A stretch of DNA of 36,274 nt from Bacilli bacterium (GCA_028684255.1 JAQUGJ010000002.1:1-36274), one strand, 5' to 3'. Numbered from the stretch's first letter, positions 24,723 to 33,527 are shown. The notes: a model not told the origin generated them from the sequence alone. Numbers and translations are program-made.

Positions 24723-25880
24723 ATGATTTTACAATTTAAAGATAAAAAAAATTGTTGTGGATGTGCAGCATGTATAAATATATGTCCAACGAAAGCTATA
24801 TCAATGGAAACTGATAATTATGGATTTATATATCCCAAAATCAATCATGATATATGTATAGAATGTGGTAAATGTAAAAAAGTATGTGCTTACCAAAATG
24901 TGCCTATTTCAGGGAAAAAACCTCTTGCAACATATGTTGCTATTAACAAAGATAATGACATTCTTTTATCAAGTACTTCAGGAGGTATATTTGGTGCTTT
25001 ATCTAGTGTTGTTTTTGACAAAAAAGGTGTTGTTTTTGGATGTGCTTATAATGGAAATATGGAACCAGTTCATATATGCATTGATAACCCTTTAGATATG
25101 AAAAAACTTCAAGGTTCTAAATACGTCCAAAGCAATATTAATTTCAGCTTTAAAGAAACTGAAAAATATTTAAAAAAATCAAGATTTGTTTTGTTCACGG
25201 GCGCCCCCTGCCAAATAGCTGCTTTAAAATCTTATCTAGGTAAAGATTACGATAATCTAATAACTGCTGATATTATATGTCATGGTGTTCCTAGCATTGC
25301 CTTTTTTAACGATTATATTAAACATATAGAAAAAAAAACGGATGGTAAAGTAATTAACATTAATTTTAGAGATAAATCAAGAGGTTGGGGATTAAAAGGA
25401 ACAATTACTTATACTAAAAGAGGAAAAATAAAAACAAAGTACATATTACCATTTGAATCCTATTATTATAATTATTTTTTAAAAGGTTATACTTATCGTG
25501 AAAATTGTTATGAATGTAAATATGCATGTGAGAGCAGAGAAGGAGATTTTACAATGGGTGACTTCTGGGGAATAGAATCTATTCATCCGGAAATAGAAAC
25601 TAAAAGAGGAGTTTCTATATTATTAGTAAATAGTAAAAAAGGTGTTATATTAATTGAACAATTAAAAAAATATTTAAATTTAACTAAATCAACCTTTGAA
25701 GCAGCTAGAAGAGAAAACGGTCAACTAAATAGACCCACTATAAAAAGTAAGAAAAGAGAAGAAATACTTGACGCTTGGCAAACTTATGGCTATGAAACCG
25801 TTGCTAGGAATTATTATAAGGAAAATAAATTGTTTATAAATAAAATTAAATTTGTCATCTCTAAAACAATAAAAAAATAA
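24723..25880 (+). CDS. FrhB/FdhB-like 2x[4Fe-4S] protein (copy 2)
   Basis: CCGCAACINICP and CIECGKCKKVCA, followed by SSTSGGIFGA, GAPCQ, DIICHGVPS and GDFWG. It is a paralogue of the gene at 14983-16179. Confidence 0.75.
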   Translation: MILQFKDKKNCCGCAACINICPTKAISMETDNYGFIYPKINHDICIECGKCKKVCAYQNVPISGKKPLATYVAINKDNDILLSSTSGGIFGALSSVVFDKKGVVFGCAYNGNMEPVHICIDNPLDMKKLQGSKYVQSNINFSFKETEKYLKKSRFVLFTGAPCQIAALKSYLGKDYDNLITADIICHGVPSIAFFNDYIKHIEKKTDGKVININFRDKSRGWGLKGTITYTKRGKIKTKYILPFESYYYNYFLKGYTYRENCYECKYACESREGDFTMGDFWGIESIHPEIETKRGVSILLVNSKKGVILIEQLKKYLNLTKSTFEAARRENGQLNRPTIKSKKREEILDAWQTYGYETVARNYYKENKLFINKIKFVISKTIKK

Positions 25881-25973
25881 TAAAAATACATAGTAGTATA
25901 AGATTTAAATAATATAGAATAAAACAATATTTTTAAACACAAAAAGAACAAAAAATTGTAAGGAGTGTATTTA

Positions 25974-27059
25974 ATGCCCAAAGTAAGTATAATAGTTCCC
26001 ATATATAATAAGGAGAAATATTTAGAAAAATCTATAAGTAGTATATTGAATCAAACTTTAAAAAATATAGAAATAATTCTTGTAAATGATGGTTCTAAAG
26101 ATAATAGTATAAATATTTGTAGGAAGTTTGAGAAGTTAGATAATAGAGTAAAGGTAATTGATCAAAAAAATGCCGGAGTATCTGTTGCAAGAAACAATGG
26201 AATATTAGTTGCTAAAGGTGAATATATTGGATTTGTTGATCCAGACGATTGGATAGAGAAAGAAATGTATTCTAATATGTATAATAAATGCATTGAAACC
26301 AAATCAAATATATGTATTTGTAATTATTATCATAATTATAATAATAGAATAATGCCTATTAATTTAGGAGTTAAAGAAGCAGTTATAACTGATAAGAATA
26401 TTTATAATAAAATAGTTTTAGATATGATAGCTCCGGAATGCATATTAAATAATAGCCAAATTATAATGGGAAGTGTTTGGAGATTATTAATAAATAGAAA
26501 TTTTTTGTATAAACATAAAATTATTTTTCCTCCTGGCATTCCCTTTATGGAAGATTTAATTTTTTGTATTAAAATTTTTTCGATTGCAAAAACAATATGC
26601 ATTGATAAAGAAAATTATTATCATTATTGCATAGAAGATAATACTGCAGCTACAAAATATAGAGAAGATTCTTTAAAGTTAAGATTAGAAGTTGTTAATA
26701 TTATTGAAAAATATTTGATAAGTAAAAATCTTTATGACGAATCAAAAACTAGACTTATTTATCGTTATATTAATATAGGGATTGGTTCTATAAAGAACGA
26801 GGTTCATAAAGATAATAAAAAATCTTTGTACAATAAATTAAAAACCATTAAATCAATTTGTTCTCATCCTAAAATAGTAGAATCATTAAAAAGTTATTAT
26901 GAATTAAATACAAGAGATTTAAATAAGTCACTTGACTTATTTAAAGTTAAGGTATTTTATAAAAAAACATATATTAAATATATGTTTTCTAAAAATTCTA
27001 TAATGCTTTTTACTTTAACTAAATTATCTAATATGTATTCTAAATTAAAAAAATCCTAA
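25974..27059 (+). CDS. Family-2 glycosyltransferase
   Basis: VSIIVPIYNKEKYL, ILVNDGSKDNS and FVDPDDW. ATG 25974 follows AAGGAG. The ORF-track GTG at 25965 lies inside the RBS. Confidence 0.85.
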   Translation: MPKVSIIVPIYNKEKYLEKSISSILNQTLKNIEIILVNDGSKDNSINICRKFEKLDNRVKVIDQKNAGVSVARNNGILVAKGEYIGFVDPDDWIEKEMYSNMYNKCIETKSNICICNYYHNYNNRIMPINLGVKEAVITDKNIYNKIVLDMIAPECILNNSQIIMGSVWRLLINRNFLYKHKIIFPPGIPFMEDLIFCIKIFSIAKTICIDKENYYHYCIEDNTAATKYREDSLKLRLEVVNIIEKYLISKNLYDESKTRLIYRYINIGIGSIKNEVHKDNKKSLYNKLKTIKSICSHPKIVESLKSYYELNTRDLNKSLDLFKVKVFYKKTYIKYMFSKNSIMLFTLTKLSNMYSKLKKS

Positions 27060-27081
27060 AAGGTTAATTACCTTTTTTCTT
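27058..27081 (+). terminator. Rho-independent terminator after the GT2 gene
   Basis: AAAAGGT (27058-27064) pairs with ACCTTTT (27070-27076) around a 5-nt loop. A T-run follows. Confidence 0.55.
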
Positions 27082-27138
27082 TTAATTAAAGCATAAATAA
27101 TATATAATTATATATGAGTATTAAATATGGAGGGTATC

Positions 27139-27615
27139 ATGAATAAAAGTTTAAGTTTGTTATTAGTAGTAATATGGACTATTGTTATATTTGGATTTTC
27201 TAGTATGTCAGGAACAACTAGTAATGGTATGAGTAAAGATATATTAAGTAATACCATTGAAAAAACAAATATATTGCCAGAACATGAATTAACTATTGAA
27301 AAAAAATCAGATCCTTTAAGCTTATTTAATAAAATTCATTATTACTTTAGAAAAACAGCACACTTTTCAGAGTATTTAATATTATCTTTATTATTAATAA
27401 ATCATTTAAGGTTTTATAAGAAAAAAAGAATGTTTTTATTAACTATAGGTATTTGTTTTATAGTATCTGTTATAGATGAAGTAAATCAAATGTTTACTTT
27501 TGATAGAAGTTCTTTATTAACAGACTGTTTACTTGATACCTTTGGGGCTATAGTAGGGGTATTAATAATTATAATGATTAGTAAAAGGAAGAAGTTAAAT
27601 GAAAAAGTTATTTAG
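27139..27615 (+). CDS. VanZ-family membrane protein
   Basis: Four TM segments with the motifs FSSMSG, KTAHFSEYLILSLLL, DEVNQMF and the DxxLDTFGA pattern. ATG 27139 follows GGAGGG. Confidence 0.7.
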   Translation: MNKSLSLLLVVIWTIVIFGFSSMSGTTSNGMSKDILSNTIEKTNILPEHELTIEKKSDPLSLFNKIHYYFRKTAHFSEYLILSLLLINHLRFYKKKRMFLLTIGICFIVSVIDEVNQMFTFDRSSLLTDCLLDTFGAIVGVLIIIMISKRKKLNEKVI

Positions 27616-28360
27616 TATAATATTAATATTTTTAAGTTTATCAACTGTTAAAGCTATGGATATTGTATCTTTTAATGAGTGTATTGATGGAGATACTGCT
27701 AGTTTTATATTAGATTCAGAAATAATAAAAGTAAGATTTTTAGCTATTGATACACCTGAGACAGTTCACCCTAATAAAGAAGTAGATCCAGTAGGGGAAC
27801 TTGCAAGTGATTATACTTGTGATAGGATAAAAAATGCTTCAATTATTAAACTAGAATACGATGATAACAGTGAACTTTATGATAAATATAAAAGAGTCTT
27901 AGCATGGATCTGGGTTGATGATGTATTATTACAAGAAGAATTAATCAGTTTGGGCTATGCTAAAGTGGAGTATATATACGGTGACTATAAATATCTTAAT
28001 AATTTGTATAGTTTAGAAAAAAGCGCTAAAGAGTCTAATCTAGGACTTTGGAACACAATCTATAGCGTTGAATTTGAAATAGATAAAAAAATAATTACAA
28101 AAAAAGTATTAAAAAACACCTCTGTTAAATACTTTGAACCTATAAAAGAAGGTTACAAATTTATAAGATGGGAACATAATAATCAAGAATTTGATTTTAA
28201 TACTAAAATAAATGAAGACATAAAATTAAAGGCAGTCTTTGAAAAAGAATTTAATTATTATTACATTATAACAATCGTATTTTTAATAATATTATACTTT
28301 ACAAATAGAAAACTTTTTAAGAAAAAATTAAAGAAAATACTAAAGGCAAATTCCTTGTAA
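27599..28360 (+). CDS. Secreted, membrane-anchored staphylococcal-nuclease (SNase/thermonuclease) homologue with a Listeria-Bacteroides repeat
   Basis: Signal peptide, then IDGDTASF, VRFLAIDTPET and DKYKRVLAWIW (SNase Ca-binding and catalytic residues). Residues 155-215 (YSVEFEI...PIKEGYKFIRWEHNNQEFDFNTKINEDIKLKAVF) are Flg_new-type. A C-terminal TM segment is followed by a basic tail. Confidence 0.8.
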   Translation: MKKLFSIILIFLSLSTVKAMDIVSFNECIDGDTASFILDSEIIKVRFLAIDTPETVHPNKEVDPVGELASDYTCDRIKNASIIKLEYDDNSELYDKYKRVLAWIWVDDVLLQEELISLGYAKVEYIYGDYKYLNNLYSLEKSAKESNLGLWNTIYSVEFEIDKKIITKKVLKNTSVKYFEPIKEGYKFIRWEHNNQEFDFNTKINEDIKLKAVFEKEFNYYYIITIVFLIILYFTNRKLFKKKLKKILKANSL

Positions 28361-28383
28361 TTTACCTTAGTATCTTGTATAAT
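28355..28383 (+). promoter_or_regulatory. Internal promoter for the cpsC-cpsD-cpsB-sortase operon
   Basis: TTGTAA (28355-28360, overlapping the nuclease stop), 17-nt spacer, TATAAT (28378-28383). Confidence 0.5.
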
Positions 28384-28405
28384 TACTTATGAATGGAGAT
28401 GTATT

Positions 28406-29089
28406 ATGGAAGAAATAGATATAAAAGATTTATTTGAATATTTTATTTCAAAAATTTATTTAATTATTATTATTTTATTAATAGTTATTAGTATAGGAGC
28501 TTTTTTCTTAGCCTTTATTCAAAAACCTAAGTATCAAGCATATACTACATTAGTGCTTACTCGTATAACTGATAACACTCAAGAGAATAGTGCTATTACA
28601 CAAGGAGATTTAACAATCAATCGTAATTTAGTGTCTACTTATCGTGAAATTATAAAAAGTAGACCAGTATTAAAAGATACAATTGATACCTTAAAATTAG
28701 ATTATAATGAAAAAACTTTAACGGACATGATTGAAGTATCATCTGTTAAAGACACCGAATTAATTAAAATAACCGTTAAAAGCGAAGTAAAAGAAGAGAC
28801 TAGTTCAATTGCGAATGCTGTAGCAATTATATTCAGTGAAAGAGTAAAAGAAATATATAACATTGAAAATTTATCGATCATTGAAAAAGCTGAATTGCCA
28901 ATTGAAGCTTACAATGTTAATTTAACTAAACAAATGGCAATCGTTATTTTACTTGGATTTGTAATATCTTTAGGAACAGTTTTTATAATCTATTACTTTG
29001 ATAATAGCATTAAAGGTGAAGAAGACATTGAAAAAATAGTCGAACTACCAGTAATAGGTGTTATACCTACAATAGAAAGTGGGCGATAA
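28406..29089 (+). CDS. cpsC: Wzz/CpsC-type chain-length determinant (tyrosine-kinase transmembrane modulator)
   Basis: TM segments at both the N- and C-termini flank an extracellular domain (TLVLTRI..., NLVSTYREIIKSRPVL, ELIKITV). Confidence 0.8.
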   Translation: MEEIDIKDLFEYFISKIYLIIIILLIVISIGAFFLAFIQKPKYQAYTTLVLTRITDNTQENSAITQGDLTINRNLVSTYREIIKSRPVLKDTIDTLKLDYNEKTLTDMIEVSSVKDTELIKITVKSEVKEETSSIANAVAIIFSERVKEIYNIENLSIIEKAELPIEAYNVNLTKQMAIVILLGFVISLGTVFIIYYFDNSIKGEEDIEKIVELPVIGVIPTIESGR

Positions 29090-29090
29090 T

Positions 29091-29756
29091 ATGAAAGAAC
29101 TTATTACTTACGATAATCCTAAATCAATAATTTCAGAAAGCATCAAAGGAGTTCGTACTAACTTATTATTCTCATCTATAGATAAAAAACTAAAAACAAT
29201 CCTAGTTACTAGTTCAATTCAAGGAGAGGGAAAAAGTTTTATTTCTAGTAATTTAGCAATCGCATTTTCACAATCTGATTATAAAGTATTATTAGTAGAC
29301 TGTGATATGCGTAAAGGAAGATTAGATAAAATATTTGGTTTAACTAATGATAAAGGACTATCAGATATGCTAATAGAAGGTGAGAAGATAGAAATTAAAC
29401 CATTTGTTAAAAAAACTGCTATTCCTAATGTTAGTCTTATAACACTAGGAACAGTACCACCAAATCCACTTGAACTATTATCTTCTTCAAAATTCCAAGA
29501 ATTTATCGAAAAAGCTAAAAGTTCATATGACTTAGTAATATTAGATTCACCCCCTATAAATGTAGTATCTGATTCCGTTGTTTTAACTAAATTAGTAGAT
29601 GAGACAGTTATTGTAACCACTCATAGAAAAACAGAAATTAAAGAGCTTATAAACGCTAAAAAAGCCATCTTAAATGCTGGTGGTAATATTGCAGGGGTTG
29701 TTCTTAATAATAAAAAAACTTCTAAAAAAAGTTATTACGGAAAATATTACCAATAA
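29091..29756 (+). CDS. cpsD: BY-kinase CpsD/CapB-type protein-tyrosine kinase
   Basis: Walker A SSIQGEGKSFISSNLA, A' VLLVDCDMRKG and B LVILDSPP. The C-terminal Tyr cluster is KKSYYGKYYQ. ATG 29091 lies just after the cpsC stop. Confidence 0.85.
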   Translation: MKELITYDNPKSIISESIKGVRTNLLFSSIDKKLKTILVTSSIQGEGKSFISSNLAIAFSQSDYKVLLVDCDMRKGRLDKIFGLTNDKGLSDMLIEGEKIEIKPFVKKTAIPNVSLITLGTVPPNPLELLSSSKFQEFIEKAKSSYDLVILDSPPINVVSDSVVLTKLVDETVIVTTHRKTEIKELINAKKAILNAGGNIAGVVLNNKKTSKKSYYGKYYQ

Positions 29757-29768
29757 GGGGGTAATTAA

Positions 29769-30506
29769 ATGATCGATTTGCACTCGCATTTGCTCTATGA
29801 CACCGATGATGGTACTGTCGATATAAATCAAAGTGTTCAACTAATAGAGTCTGCATATAATAATGGTTATGACTCATTAGTACTAACACCACATTATATT
29901 GAGGGTAGTATCTATCAAAGTGATGTTCTTAGCAACACTAAAAAATTAGAGCTTATTAAATCAAAGTGTTTAAAAAAAGGAATCGATATAAACCTATATT
30001 TAGGTAATGAAGCCTATCTTTCTAAAAACTTATTAAAGTTATTAGAACAAAAAAAAATAACGACCATTAATGATTCTAAATATTTATTATTAGAATTACC
30101 AATGGTAAGTGAAAATAAAAACACTCTCGATATTATAAAAACTTTAGTCGAAAATGATATAATACCTATTATAGCCCATCCAGAAAGATACCATTATATT
30201 ATTGATAACATTAACAAAGCTTTTGATCTTGTACAAAGTGGGGCTTTATTACAAGTAAATATCGGTAGTCTTATCGGTGCTTTTGGTAAACAAACTAAAA
30301 AGACAGCACTTAAATTATTAAAGTTAAATCTTGTTCATTTTATTAGTAGTGATACTCATCATAACAATCTATATTCTAAAGTAGAAGAAACTAAAAAAAT
30401 AATCAATCGTATCAAACCATCTTTAATAGATGAATTAATGCACTATAACGCTAAACAAGTATTAGAAAATAAAGAGATAAAGAAGAGAGTGAAAGTTTAT
30501 GAATAA
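29769..30506 (+). CDS. cpsB: PHP-family protein-tyrosine phosphatase CpsB/YwqE
   Basis: MIDLHSHLLYDTDDG, TPHY, AHPERY and SSDTHH. Confidence 0.85.
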   Translation: MIDLHSHLLYDTDDGTVDINQSVQLIESAYNNGYDSLVLTPHYIEGSIYQSDVLSNTKKLELIKSKCLKKGIDINLYLGNEAYLSKNLLKLLEQKKITTINDSKYLLLELPMVSENKNTLDIIKTLVENDIIPIIAHPERYHYIIDNINKAFDLVQSGALLQVNIGSLIGAFGKQTKKTALKLLKLNLVHFISSDTHHNNLYSKVEETKKIINRIKPSLIDELMHYNAKQVLENKEIKKRVKVYE

Positions 30507-31689
30507 AGTAAAAGATAAAATTGTAAGATGTATATTCTTTAGTTTTATCTTTTTCTTTTTGATGTCTCCTATAAATGCTCTTACTAAAGACGATATTTTT
30601 GATTTAGTAAATAGCCAAAAGACATGTGATGGATCTTCATCTGTACTATTTCAAAGTTACAGTAAAACATATACTAGATTAGTAAAGGAAAAAGATCTAT
30701 CTGAATCTGAAATAAAGTCAATTTTAAACCATTTGAATACTGCTATTGATTTGTTAAACAAAAAAGAAGTATGTAAGTTAAGTGATACTTCAAAATTAAC
30801 CTCAGAAGAAAAAAGAACTGTTTTTAATTCATTAGTAGAAGGATCTAATATTATTACTGGTGCTAAAAATTTGAACGATGAAAAACAAGATAACAAAAAT
30901 TCTGGCATTTTTATTGATAAAGCTGATAAAAAAATTGCAATATATGATCAAGGACAATTAGTAAATGAACTTTCACTTGAGAAAACTAAACTTACTTATA
31001 CGGGTCCTAGTATTCAGATAAGTATTATATTTGTATTATTATTAATTGTTTTAATTCTAATAAAATTTATAAAACCTATAATTCTTAAAGATATGTTAAT
31101 ATCTTTAGGATATACCTTGTTTATAATTTTAATAGTATCTGTAATATTTTCTAAAGACATTAAAGAAATAAGTAACTATTTTAATTTATTTAAAAAAATT
31201 AGTTCTAATCAAGAATCAAAAGAAATTGTTACAAAAAATAAATCAATTATTAGATATCCTCGTTATGGAGATACTTATGGTAATCTCTATATTCCTAATT
31301 TAGGGATTAAATTAGAAGTAGCGTTTGGAGATAATAAAGAACTACTAAATAAATATATAGGTCATGATACAGCAACACTATTGCCAGGTGAAGGTGGTAC
31401 TATTGTTTATAGTGGTCATAATTCTAAAGATTTTTTAAACAATTTAAAAGATATTAAAATGGATACTTCAATTATTGTTGAAACTACCTATGGGACCTTT
31501 AATTATAAAGTTAATGATACTAAAATAATCGATGATATTGATTTTGATAGTGTCTATCTAAAAGGTAATAAAGAAGTATTAGTACTATATACTTGTTATC
31601 CTTTTAGTAATGTTATTTATGGTAGCAAGAGAATGGTTGTCTATGCTACTTTAGAAGAATCTGATTGGTTAGGTGATTCTAATGATTAA
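30499..31689 (+). CDS. Sortase-fold transpeptidase with a long N-terminal secreted/membrane extension
   Basis: The C-terminal domain (nt 31261-31656) has LYIPNLGIKLEV..G, LPGEGGTIVYSGHNS (His), LVLYTCYPF (Cys) and KRMVVYATL (Arg). The N-terminal 250 aa comprise a signal/TM segment, a soluble region of about 140 aa and 2 TM segments. The ATGA-type start overlaps the cpsB stop. Confidence 0.7.
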   Translation: MNKVKDKIVRCIFFSFIFFFLMSPINALTKDDIFDLVNSQKTCDGSSSVLFQSYSKTYTRLVKEKDLSESEIKSILNHLNTAIDLLNKKEVCKLSDTSKLTSEEKRTVFNSLVEGSNIITGAKNLNDEKQDNKNSGIFIDKADKKIAIYDQGQLVNELSLEKTKLTYTGPSIQISIIFVLLLIVLILIKFIKPIILKDMLISLGYTLFIILIVSVIFSKDIKEISNYFNLFKKISSNQESKEIVTKNKSIIRYPRYGDTYGNLYIPNLGIKLEVAFGDNKELLNKYIGHDTATLLPGEGGTIVYSGHNSKDFLNNLKDIKMDTSIIVETTYGTFNYKVNDTKIIDDIDFDSVYLKGNKEVLVLYTCYPFSNVIYGSKRMVVYATLEESDWLGDSND

Positions 31690-32419
31690 AAAGATAATTG
31701 GTTCACTATTAGGAATAATTCTTTTAGTAATATTAAGTTTAATATTAAGTTTTATAATTGTCTTTAATAAAAGAAGTATTGATAATGTGTTAATTAAGAG
31801 TAAGTATTACGATAAAACAGAACAAAACATATCTACTTTAATGCAATCTTATATTGATTCAGAGTTTTATAAAGAGGTAGTTACTAAAGAACAAATTAAA
31901 AGTGATATTAATCGTAGTTTAGAAAATTTTTATCAAGGAAAGAAAATCGATAAAAAAGTTATTAAAAATAGAATGCATGAATTCTTAAATCTAGAAATAA
32001 ACTATAAATTAGAAGATAAAGGTTTAGAAGTAAATAGAGAATCAATATCTGATATAAGTAATAACTTAAGTGAAATATATGTTTCAAATTTGTTCTTATT
32101 AGATGAAATGAATTTATTAGCGCCTTATATAAGTAATGTTAAAATATTGCCAATTGTCTTAATAATTGTATTGGTATTAATAAATCTAATTATATATTTA
32201 TTTAGAAAAGAAAATATCGTAATTGTTTTTAGTACTAGTTTTATGTTATTGCTAACCTTATTTTTAATGATAAATTTTTCGTCTTTTTATTATTTAAATA
32301 ATATAGTTTCCGACTTTATTCAAACACTTTGGCTTCATTATAAAACCTACAATATTGTCATTGGAGTTATTTATTTAATAATTTATTTTATAATGAAAAA
32401 AAGATTTAGTAATTCTTAA
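31682..32419 (+). CDS. Hypothetical membrane protein
   Basis: One N-terminal TM segment, a soluble region of about 120 aa, then 3-4 C-terminal TM segments. ATG 31682 follows AGGTGA and overlaps the 3' end of the sortase gene. No recognisable motif. Confidence 0.5.
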   Translation: MIKKIIGSLLGIILLVILSLILSFIIVFNKRSIDNVLIKSKYYDKTEQNISTLMQSYIDSEFYKEVVTKEQIKSDINRSLENFYQGKKIDKKVIKNRMHEFLNLEINYKLEDKGLEVNRESISDISNNLSEIYVSNLFLLDEMNLLAPYISNVKILPIVLIIVLVLINLIIYLFRKENIVIVFSTSFMLLLTLFLMINFSSFYYLNNIVSDFIQTLWLHYKTYNIVIGVIYLIIYFIMKKRFSNS

Positions 32420-32429
32420 TCTTTTTTTG
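32395..32429 (+). terminator. Possible AT-rich hairpin terminator
   Basis: AAAAAAAGATT (32396-32406) pairs with AATCTTTTTTT (32418-28). The stem is 11 bp but has only one G-C pair. The loop contains the stop codon. Confidence 0.3.
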
Positions 32430-32440
32430 TGCTAAAAAAC

Positions 32441-32469
32441 TTTTAATAACAATTCATTTTTGATATAAT
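32441..32469 (+). promoter_or_regulatory. Extended -10 promoter candidate for the last GT2 gene
   Basis: TGaTATAAT at 32461-32469. The -35 (TTTTAA) is weak. Confidence 0.35.
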
Positions 32470-32489
32470 TATAAATATAGAGGATGGTA

Positions 32490-33488
32490 ATGCTTGTGGG
32501 GAAAAAAGATGTTTTAGTTAGTATTATAGTACCTATTTATAATTGTGAAAATTATATTAAAAAATGTTTGGATTCTTTAATTAATCAAACATATAAAAAT
32601 ATTGAAATAATATGTATTAATGATGGATCTTTAGATAATAGTTATGAAGTTTTAAAAAAAATCGGTAAAACTGATAAAAGGATAAAACTAATTAACAAAA
32701 TAAATGAAGGTGTAAGTGTAGCTAGAAACACTGGTTTAAAAGTTGCAAGCGGAGAATACATTATGTTTGTCGATGCTGATGATTGGATAGGAGAGACCTC
32801 TGTTTTTGATTTAGTATCCTTAAAAGATACAAGCGATTTAATTTTATTTAATTTTAGCAAAGTCGAAAATAATATTGTCTATAGAAATACTTACAATTTT
32901 GTAGATAAAGACGTAACTACTTTTAACAAAAAACAAATCAAAGAAGAAATATTGCCAAAATTTTTAAGTGGCGAAGTAAACTGTTTTGTATGTTGTCTTT
33001 TTATTAAAAAGAGTTTAATTACCTTTGAATTTAAAAGTGACATTAAAATTATGGAAGACAAAATATTTTATATTGAGTTATTTTCCAAGGTAACAGATTT
33101 TACTTTATATACTAAGAATTTATATTATTATTTTCAAAACACTAATAGCGCTTGCAATAATTTAGATTTACTATATAAAAATGCTTTACAGTTTCTTAAC
33201 GTAAATGAATATTTATTAGATATTTTAAAGAAAAACAAATTAGGAAAAAAATATTTAATCATTGCGGTTTCTGCTAATTATAGTGTCATAATAAAAAATT
33301 TTTTTTTAATGTATTTTAATAATTTTAAATTAAAAGATATAAAAAAGAACTTTAAAGAGATAAGAAAAAATCATTATTTTAAAAAAAATTTACATTTAGT
33401 AAGTTCTAAGAATATGCAATTAAGATCATATATATCGTTTGTCTTGCTCAAACATAATTTATTTTATCTTTTCATGTTTAGCTTATAA
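32490..33488 (+). CDS. Family-2 glycosyltransferase
   Basis: VSIIVPIYNCENYI, ICINDGSLDNS and FVDADDW. The start is ambiguous: ATG 32484, ATG 32490 or GTG 32496. ATG 32490 has the best spacing from AGAGGA. Confidence 0.8.
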   Translation: MLVGKKDVLVSIIVPIYNCENYIKKCLDSLINQTYKNIEIICINDGSLDNSYEVLKKIGKTDKRIKLINKINEGVSVARNTGLKVASGEYIMFVDADDWIGETSVFDLVSLKDTSDLILFNFSKVENNIVYRNTYNFVDKDVTTFNKKQIKEEILPKFLSGEVNCFVCCLFIKKSLITFEFKSDIKIMEDKIFYIELFSKVTDFTLYTKNLYYYFQNTNSACNNLDLLYKNALQFLNVNEYLLDILKKNKLGKKYLIIAVSANYSVIIKNFFLMYFNNFKLKDIKKNFKEIRKNHYFKKNLHLVSSKNMQLRSYISFVLLKHNLFYLFMFSL

Positions 33489-33527
33489 AATTGCAAATTA
33501 GTAAATATTATAGTAAATAACAAACAT

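Noticed and set aside
23934-25338. Homopolymer tracts inside coding genes as slipped-strand phase-variation switches. Examples are T8 in wzy at 23934-23941, A9 in the FrhB-like gene at 25330-25338, and A8 runs elsewhere.
   Set aside because: Runs of A or T of 7-10 nt occur throughout this AT-rich window, including in housekeeping genes and spacers. They are not enriched near the 5' ends of genes. Without population or read-level length variation there is no support.
10847-32860. Eleven minus-strand ORFs of 61-113 aa in the ORF track: 10847-11074, 12741-12956, 20505-20690, 20742-20945, 21815-22027, 23208-23435, 25814-26002, 26402-26602, 29279-29620, 30657-30908 and 32642-32860.
   Set aside because: Each lies wholly or largely antisense to a + strand gene with clear family motifs. 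They have low-complexity translations, no RBS and no motif. They are typical shadow ORFs of AT-rich coding DNA.
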